A DNA stretch of 64,000 nt, from the NCBI RefSeq assembly GCF_006345805.1, contig NC_043013.1, positions 51,398,001-51,462,000 on the forward strand, read 5' to 3'. Of this stretch, positions 55,199 through 64,000 are shown one piece after another. Each line of letters opens with the position of its first letter. The stretch's first letter is position 1. Made by a program: the position numbers and the translations under genes. The notes beneath the pieces were generated by a model. The model was not told where the DNA came from and made no database searches. It saw only the letters and a list, made by a program, of their open reading frames with translations. This stretch comes from Octopus sinensis. Taxonomy: Eukaryota.

Positions 55199-55769
55199 GA
55201 AGCCGAATTTTTCCTTTTCTGGGGAAAGATGTTTCCTCGTGATTTCCGAGTCACATTCGTTGAAAGCGTGCAAAATAACCCGGAAAAATCGGAGTTTCCC
55301 GGGAAACTTCGAGATCCCCACCACTCCTCTCTTTTCCGGAAGAAAGTGGCTTGCGGTGGGTATGGAGGTGAGATGCGTTAAATGTACTCCCAAAAAAACC
55401 TGTAAAAAAATTATTTCACACTGTGATACGAACGGTTCCTTTATGAAAAATTTACTTCCATTTTAATAATCGAAATATATATATATATATATATATAAAA
55501 AAGCTGAAATATAGATACTCACTGTACAAGCAAGTTATATTTTTTAAGTCATTTTCACTAAAAAATAATTTTTAAATATACCAACGAAAATTTTTTGTAA
55601 TGGTAGTCACTTGAAAATAAGTTCTAAAAAGTTGAAATATTGTCTGTTTAAAGAAAGCTAAAATGTAAATACTCATGTACAAATAACTTGCATTTTTCAA
55701 ATCACGTTCACTTGGAAATATTTCTAAATGATTAAAATATCGTGTTTAACAGAAGCGAAAATAGAAACA

Positions 55770-56125
55770 TTTACTGTAAAAACAGCTCGTACTTTTTCAT
55801 TGGCAAGCTAAAGTCACTTAGACACTTGCCAGGTCGTAAAACTTGTCTTCAAAATGTAGAAAACATTGATCATAATCGAAACGTTAGATTTTATTTCCTT
55901 TAAGCGTTATGTTATTTTCGGAGGGTTTTTCGTTATGCACCGTTTTGGGTATTTATGAATAACACAAAACCCTCCATCTCTCAGGAATCCTTAGTCCGAT
56001 TTACGCGAAACTTGTTTATTCCGTTTGTATTCACATTTCAGGGTAACTTAATTCATAGTATTTTCGCATTATGCGCCAGTTTGGCTGCTTTAAATGACAG
56101 ACAAGCAAGCAATTAGAGAGTTTTA
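55770..56125 (+). repeat. Interspersed repeat, related copy at ~58125-58495
   Basis: Shared blocks catttactgtaaaaaca.ctcgta, ttggcaag.taaagtcact and aaacttgttt..ccgtttgtattcacatttcaggg. Confidence 0.75.
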
Positions 56126-56161
<36 letters not shown>

Positions 56162-56216
56162 AGTGAATTGAAGAAATGGAGTTGAACGAAGATTGAACAG
56201 AAATCGTTTTATTGCA

Positions 56217-56296
56217 TTCTACACGTGTTTCGAAGGCCACAATTTACCAAATTCCGATTGAATAAGGAGACCATATAGTGTCTTTCTCTTCAGGAA
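56217..56296 (-). ncRNA. Minimal type-I hammerhead ribozyme motif
   Basis: ttc-CTGAAGA-gaaag...ccttc-GAAA-cacgtg-TA-gaa; palindromic helix III ACACGTGT; stem I only 3 bp. The plus-strand copy at 57567-57647 has core CTGAAAA but a perfect gaaag/ctttc stem II. Confidence 0.7.
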
Positions 56297-57021
56297 GAAA
56301 TAGGAATTCCGTTGGCAAAAACAAAAACAGAACAGAGGCGCAGCAAAACAAATCGAACGAGGCTCCTAAGAGCCCATGGCCAAACTGTTTATCAATGTAT
56401 GTTGAAATCGGGTGGTGGGTGCGTTGAAGATTTTAACAGGTCAGGCAGCGGTCATTCCGGTGGGTGAGAGCACGGGGTGCGTAGATGTTCTTTGTGACCG
56501 AGACTAAGGTTCTGACTATTTAAAGAATATTAGGTGTATTATATGGGGCGAGGCAAAATCTACTTAGAAACATGTGTGTGTGAACTGTTCTATATGTGCG
56601 CGGCCGCAAGTTGGTAAAAGGCTCTATACACTGGTCACTGCTGAAAAATCCGTCAGGCGGCAGAAAATATCTTATGTGTTCGTATGTTCGTTTAAACGCG
56701 CGGCCGTCAGTTGGTAATGTCATTAACGGTAACAATGGCAGTAGTGAGGTGAGCGCAACTTGGCTCATTAGGGTAGAGAGTCCCAATAGCAACTCCAGCA
56801 TCGTTTCCGGCAATAGCAGTACCACGGGCACTAGCAATTACAGCACTCTGAGTGATAGTGAAGAATCAGGGGTTATTCCGTTAGTTAATAGTGACTTAGT
56901 GGAAAGTAAATTAGTAAGCGGCTGCAGTTCTCGCAACAAATATAGTAACAGTAACGCAGTTCTAATTTCAGAAACTAATCCTAATAGAATAAGGTTCACG
57001 TCGGGGAACTCCAAGATCAGA

Positions 57022-57135
57022 AACGCCGTCTACTAATGCAAGGTTTACACAGACTCAGATGTATACTCATATGTCGGGGCCTCATCGTCAAAATTGGCCT
57101 TACGAATCTCCAACCATTACGCAACTTTTCGCGAC
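57022..57135 (+). pseudogene. GIY-YIG endonuclease remnant (PLE-type)
   Basis: NAVY*CKVYTDSDVYSYVGASSSKLALRISNHYATFRD; matches the PLE pattern NxxYxxxVxT...YxGxTxxxFKxRxxNHxxSF. In-frame TAA at 57034-57036. Confidence 0.75.
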
Positions 57136-57894
57136 GTGAATGACATTACCAACTGACGGCCGCGCGTTTAAACGAACATACGAACACATAAGATATTTTC
57201 TGCCGCCTGACGGATTTTTCAGCAGTGACCAGTGTGTAGAGCCTTTTACCAACTTGCGGCCGCGCACATATAGAACAGTTCACACACACATGTTTCTAAG
57301 TAGATTTTTCCTCGCCCCATATAATACACCTAATATTCTTTAAATAGTCAGAACCTTAGTCTCGGTCACAAAGAACATCTACGCACCCCGCGCTCTCACC
57401 CACCGGAATGACCGCTGCCTGACCTGTTAAAATCTTCAACGCACCCACCACCCGATTTCAACATACATTGATAAACAGTTTGGCCATGGGCTCTTAGGAG
57501 CCTCGTTCGATTTGTTTTGCTGCGCCTCTGTTCTGTTTTTGTTTTTGCCAACGGAATTCCTATTTCTTCCTGAAAAAGAAAGACACAATATGGTCTCCTT
57601 ATTCAATCGGAATTTGGTAAATTGTGGCTTTCGAAACACGTGTAGAATGCAATAAAACGATTTCTGTTCAATCTTCGTTCAACTCCATTTCTTCAATTCA
57701 CTAATAATATTAAAATTCAATTATCCGCACCAACGCACGGTTGCAACACCATATGGTTGTACCTCCAACCGTGCTGTCTTCTGCTGTGATTTTTGCTACC
57801 AAGGTATCGGTTAAACTTTTGATTAATCTGCAACAAGATTATTCATCTTTCTATTTCACCAAATATATATATATATAATATATATATATATGTA

Positions 57895-57977
<83 letters not shown>

Positions 57978-58515
57978 TATATATATATAATATATATATA
58001 TATAATTATTAAAGGGGACAATGTTAAGGGAAGACAAACATCTTAAGTCATATACGTTATTATTCTTATTAGAAAAAATTAAAGTCTTACAGCTGTTTCT
58101 GGAATACACCAAAGTATGTTTTTGCATTTACTGTAAAAACAACTCGTATTTTTTCGTTGGCAAGTTAAAGTCACTAAAAGAAAAGTCTTACTGACTTTAA
58201 CTTGCCAAGTTGTCCATCATAATATAGTCACTTTATCTTGTCCATCATAATATGCTTAATCGAAAGGTTAGAGTTTCTTCCCTTTCAGGGTTAAGTTATT
58301 TTCGGAGTATTTCCCCATTAAGGACCTTTTTGAGTATTTTACCCCCAAAACATCCCATACCACAAGAACCAGTGGCCCGATTTACGTGAAACTTGTTTTA
58401 TCCCGTTTGTATTCACATTTCAGGGCCAATTTCAAAGTATTTTCCCATTATGCACGGGTTTTGCTGTGTAACATTCCAAGCAATGTAGATTGAAGTTCTT
58501 TTCTAATAGAATATA

Positions 58516-58950
58516 GACAGCCAATAGCCTGTCATCCATCACCATATATATTGAACACGATCAATGCTTTCCTCGATAGCGGCAGTTGCAGGATTTCCAG
58601 ACATTGGGTCATCTTCAAAACGCTTTCCCTCCAAAATTCAGCTGCCCACTTTTGCACTGTTTATAAAGCAGGAGATTCATCCCTAATTCAGTAACAATCT
58701 CGGAATGAATGTCCTTGGGAGATAAACCATTTTTCTGCAGGTACTTGTTAACAGTACGATGGCAAACTTTGTCCATTTTTCAGAGAAGTGGTGACTAGTT
58801 ACTTTTAAAGTCTTTTTTCAACAGTTAGATATTAGTTTACACGGATAGAAAACAAGGCAGTTATTCATAAGAAAGGTTCGAATGATTTCATGTAAAATTT
58901 TACATCTCTAGCATCATGATCAGCCTACGAACTTTTAAGCTCATATCGTA
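58516..58950 (-). mobile_element. Mariner/Tc1 5' fragment: TIR plus transposase N-terminus (degenerate)
   Basis: TIR-like tacgatatgagcttaaaagttcgtaggctga ending at a TA; ATG at 58776 gives MDKVCHRTVNKYLQK...KDIHSEIVTELG...TVQKWAAEF...EDDPMSGNPATAAIEESIDRVQ...VMDDR, with frameshifts. Confidence 0.88.
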
Positions 58951-59707
58951 TATACATATACGACAGAATTCCGCATAGTTTCCGTTTACCAATTTCACTC
59001 AAAGCATTGGTGGGTCGGAAGCTATTTACACGCAATGGGAATGAACCCGCATTCACGTGGTTGCTAAGTGAGCTTTTTAACAATATAGTCATGCCTGTGC
59101 TTGTACCCCGTTCAATTGAAACCCGTGTCTACGAAGCAGGCTTTAGCTTTAATCCCAATATTTTAAACAAAATCCCAATACTTCATCTTATCTCAGAGAG
59201 CAACGTAGGAAATGCGACATTTGTAGCGTCTGACAATGTTGTCTGCTACTGAAGAGACTCAGTCGTATGACTTCTTTTTATGTCCTTTGATCAATGATGA
59301 CTATTAATCGATTCACCAAGGTCAAAGCCGTTTCAAACTGGATATATTCTGTTGTTCCTATTTATATCTAAAGTTTCCAATTTTTACAATGCACTGCTTT
59401 TGATGGGCGTTTCGGTGGATTTAAGATTTATATTCTTAACATTTACGAGTCTTACCGTTCTCCATACTGTTCTTAATCTTTACTTCTTTTAATTTCATTA
59501 TGTTTTTCTTTCCACATAAATGGTTCATTGTATTTCTATTTCATGCCTTGGATTCAATATTGCAGAGCGTTTAGTTAAATTTACAGCTTATTTTATAATC
59601 AGAAAGTTTAACCATTTACTCTATGTCGTAATTAGATTTTAATTTTTACTGTGATTATTATATAATTTCTACCACAAAATATATTTTATGCTCTTTTATA
59701 CATACAT

Positions 59708-59850
59708 AGGCGCAGGAGTGGCTGTGTGGTAAGTAGCCTGTTTGCCAACCACATGGTTCCGGGTTCAGTCCCACTGCGTGGCACCTTGGGCAAATATCTT
59801 CTGCTATAGCCTCGGGCCGACCAAAGCCTTGTGAGTGGATTTGGTAGACT
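59708..59850 (+). mobile_element. SINE family A, 5' part
   Basis: Head match only. Confidence 0.85.
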
Positions 59851-61208
59851 AAAACAAGTAAATTAGTAAAGAGTAAAGAGTATATATACATACACACACA
59901 GGCACCGACAGACACACACACACTTTAATGAGTATATAAAGAGCTACAGAAGTTGATAGATTTTGGCAATAATCTCTAAAACAACAGCTGCCATAAATAC
60001 AATACGCGTACACATATCTATGTATGTTAATACATACGCATATTCACAGATATATATATAGTTTGACACAACGGCCACGAAGGCTACAAATATACAAGTT
60101 ATTTCGCTGTAAGAAGTGAACCAAAAACGTTGAGTACACGTAAGACAAAGACTCCATCAGCAGCAGTGGAAGCTACCTGCCCAGGACTCAGATAACTGAG
60201 TAAAGGCGTATAAAAAGGGGGAGTTGGAGACCTTAAGTCTTCCTTGCATACATTACAATCTTGTGCCGGGCTTATATGATACGAAAATGCACTAGTCAGC
60301 ACCAGAGTTTGGTGCGCACGATTCTTAATGACCTGTCTAATTGAAACCAGCATACGAAAATGGACGTATCGTGAGGATGATGAGGAGAGGACATTCTCAC
60401 ACACACACACACCTACATACACACACACACACACACATTCACACACACACACAGACAACACAACACAATACATACATGTATAATTTTTGTGTGGTGTGTG
60501 TTTAATTTTATTAAACATTTTCTATGTGAATTTGAATGGCATGTCAAAGACAATATATATAGTAAATACGGATATATGCATAGTAGATGCGTGTGAGTAT
60601 GTGTGTGTGGGGGGGTAATAGAAAGTATCGGGGATGCAGTTATGAAAAAATGTAAAATACATACATCAGTTAGTAATCGGTACTTAAACTTAATTAAATA
60701 GTTAGTCATACAAATATGAAATTCTTACCAGTTTTACCAATCTTTCAAAGAACAGGAAGCAGATGGCAGAGAGTTGCAACCAATGTCTGAAACATACAGA
60801 GTAATACAAGAGTAACATACAATTTACACTTTCTTTCAGAAACTTAGATTTATTAAAAAAAATCATAAAATAGTATTTTATATTCCACCAGATGCCGGCA
60901 TATCTGTGAAAGTAGGAAGAGCTGTTATAATGATATTCATATAGGGATAAATGGATATTATAAACGGAGAGATATGAACACTCGAGCTGTCCCTGTAATG
61001 GCATGTGTTATGGTGGGACCAAGGGTACACATCGATTGATTAAACATGGCCTTTTTTCCTAAATGTGATGAGGACCCAGCTTGCTGCTTTTGTGGTGCAG
61101 ACAGGGAAACTATTGAAGCTATTCCTATGCCAGCCTCAAATGAATGCATTATTCGCTCTGATAGACTAGGCCTGTACATAAACTTGCTCCTATACTGTAA
61201 GTCTCTAA

Positions 61209-61440
61209 AGGCGGCGAGCTGGCAGAAACGTTAGCACGCCGGGCGATATTCTTTGCGGTATTTCGTCTGTCGTTAAGTTCTGAATTCAAATTCCGCCGGG
61301 GTCGACTTTGCCGTTCATCCTTTCGGGGTCGATAAATAAAGTACCAGTTTCGCACTGTGGCCGATGTAATCGGCTTAATCCGTTTGTCTGTCCTTGTTTG
61401 TCCCCTCTATGTTTAGCCCCTTGTGGGTAGTAAAGAAATA
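61209..61440 (+). mobile_element. SINE family B
   Basis: Full single unit. Confidence 0.9.
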
Positions 61441-61800
61441 TATACTGTAAATCTCGACACCTATATGAGAAGAACTTGTGGGAACATAAGCTTACCAAAA
61501 TTGTAGAAAATAAAGATATCACCGTTCTGAACAGTGCTCTACAGGCCAATAGTACAGATATTGTGGCAAAAATAAAAAACCCAAGTGACACATTGTCAAC
61601 TTGAAACCAGCTGCTTCTCTTAAAACTCAATCAAAACTGAATTATTACAAATTTAAGAGAATCTTCGTTCCTAGATTCTGGCGTCCTTTAAAAATTATTG
61701 CTCATCATAGATAGCACTCATAATAAAACGTCCCAGTTGGCTTTTACATGAGGTTTCTGGTTGAACACTAGAAGAGCTCTTATAAGACAAAGCAATAATG

Positions 61801-61872
<72 letters not shown>

Positions 61873-61873
<1 letters not shown>

Positions 61874-62283
61874 CTTTTACTCTTTTACTTGTTTCAGTTA
61901 TGTGACTCTGGCCATGCTGGAGCACCGCCTTTAGTAGAGCAAATCGACAGCAGGACTTATTTTTTGTAAGCCTACTTATTCTATCGGTGTCTTTTGCCGA
62001 ACCGCTAAGTTACGGGGACGTAACCACACCAGTATCGGTTGTCAAGCGATGTTGAGGGGGGGGGGCAAACACAGACACACAAACATATACACACGTACAT
62101 ATATATGTATACATATATACGACGGGCTTCTTTCAGTTTCCGTCTACCAAATCCACTCACAATGCTTTGGTCGGCCCAAGGCTATAGTAGAAGACATTTG
62201 CCCAAGGTGCCACGCAGTGGGACTGAACCCTGCGCCATGTGGTTGGTAAGCAAGCTACTTACCACCCAGCCACTCCTACGCCT
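61873..62283 (-). mobile_element. SINE family A
   Basis: Reverse-complement full copy between (TAA)n tracts. Confidence 0.9.
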
Positions 62284-62295
62284 ATAATAATAGTC

Positions 62296-62353
<58 letters not shown>

Positions 62354-62355
<2 letters not shown>

Positions 62356-62828
62356 GCCCTGATGCAGTACCAGGCAGTGGCTCTCATGGCTTCTGATCTT
62401 AACTGATTGGAAGTGTTATCATGTACATTGTTTTGTCTTGGTATAAAAGATGGGCTACAGCAAATATTCATCTCAATACCACAGATTTGCTTGTCAGTTG
62501 TTTGACCTTAACCAGTTGAGCATGTCCCTTAGTGGCTGACGATATGTGCACCTTTGGAAACATGGGTGGTTCTTTCAACATCCTTAAACAACCCTTATTC
62601 AGGGACCTTTTGAGCGGGATGGGCTACTCAACCTGAAGAAAATTCTAACTGGGCCCCACCTGCAAGGTCATGTGCTGTTTATCTTGATATGAGATCACCA
62701 TGTCGCGCACATATGGTTGTGATGCATGTGCCTGGTGTACCTTTATCAGACGGGTAGTCATGATGGGTATATTGGGCTTCGTATATTTTACCCCAGTGTC
62801 ACTTTGATGGCATGCACTGCTCTCTCAC
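62354..62828. repeat. Probable interspersed retroelement fragment bounded by (TAA)n
   Basis: Higher-complexity block flanked on both sides by (AAT)n; family not assignable from this window. Confidence 0.45.
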
Positions 62829-63387
62829 TCAATAATAATAATAATAATAATAACTGTTCAAATTTTGGCACAAGGCAAGAATTTTAATGTCTGGCTGTTA
62901 GTTGTTTACATCAACTTCAGTAATTTTTCGACCCCGGAAGGGCGAAAGTCAAAGTTGACCTCGGACGTTTTATTTATTTTCTTCAGGGGCACATGAAATA
63001 TACATTAAACTGACGAAAACAAGTGTCATATATACAACCATGAAATACGTCCGGAATACCAAAGATGACGGAATATAGAAAAAGAAAGAGAAATATAACA
63101 ACAGTAATATAAATAGATTTCCATATTCCGGATTTCAGAGATTCACTTCTCTATTAAAATGTCGGCAGACAACTTTCGGCAATGATGACAGCAGAGACAG
63201 GAAGTTTCATCATAGAAGCCGTGTAAAAGGATCTTTTGTGTCAATAAACTTTCAAAGAACATATAAATATATTTAAGACAGTATGACTAATCGGTCGGCT
63301 TAAACCCACCCAATATAATGAATTCCTCAGCAAAAGGGGTTGTTTCGGGCTTAGGATGTTTTTGTTGAGATTTAACACAAACCTATC

Positions 63388-63431
<44 letters not shown>

Positions 63432-63513
63432 GTCTGTCTGTCGATTTGTCTGTCTCTTTCTCTCTACCTCTCTCTCTGTATATATACATACATACATACA
63501 TACACACACACAC

Positions 63514-63556
<43 letters not shown>

Positions 63557-63558
<2 letters not shown>

Positions 63559-63739
63559 CCGGCAGGGGGTGGTGATCCCTGCTGTACTCTTTCACCACTC
63601 TTTCTCCCACTCTTTCTTCTGTTGGCCTGCTCACTTAGCCAGCGGGGTGGCGTCATTCGAAGGCTAAAACAATGCGAACGCATTGTGACCAGCGATGTGT
63701 AACTACATCAGATGGACTGGTCGGTCACGTGATCACGTG

Positions 63740-63740
<1 letters not shown>
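63557..63740 (+). mobile_element. 3' part of a family C-related SINE
   Basis: Reverse complement of 53030-53220. Confidence 0.8.
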
Positions 63741-63793
<53 letters not shown>

Positions 63794-64000
63794 TAAAGGT
63801 CACAATACATGTATTTATGCGCTGCTAATAGTTTCATGCGTTAAGAAATACTGAACCATATCCTCAGGCGCAAACCACATATCATAACGAACCAAAAAAT
63901 TTGAATAATGGACGAAATGCGAAAACACTGAAACGGGAGCCTATAGAAAGTGCAGATATGTGGATTAAAGACGGAAAACGAAAAACGATGTATTGGTGTG

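Larger units (their letters stand above)
56154..57710 (+). mobile_element. Penelope-like element remnant with inverted ~571-bp arms (56154-56724 / 57139-57710) flanking a GIY-YIG remnant
   Basis: Arms are near-identical by eye, mostly differing by substitutions. The spacer encodes a GIY-YIG-like peptide, each arm carries an HHR motif, and the left arm abuts (TA)n. Confidence 0.85.

Overview
AT-rich, microsatellite-saturated animal genomic DNA. The SINE families and composition suggest an octopus/coleoid cephalopod (inference). There is one 100-N scaffold gap at 26758-26857. No intact protein-coding gene could be identified, and almost all ORFs in the track are translated microsatellites. Recognisable content: many tRNA-derived SINEs (at least three families, one forming tandem arrays), two Helitron remnants (helicase; Rep N-terminus plus 3' CTAG end), a mariner transposase fragment with TIR, a hAT-type MITE with an 8-bp TSD, and two Penelope-like element (PLE) GIY-YIG endonuclease remnants. 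The main unexplained structure is a set of at least seven fold-back inverted repeats (38-890 bp arms), most abutting (TA)n tracts. Four of them carry minimal type-I hammerhead ribozyme (HHR) motifs with a palindromic helix III, three with a 50-65 nt loop II and one with a U4C core variant. Short microsatellite-bounded elements with degenerate HHR cores also occur. Together they look like a PLE/HHR-linked system that repeatedly builds long hairpins. Several minus-strand candidate exons may belong to a host gene, but this is weak.
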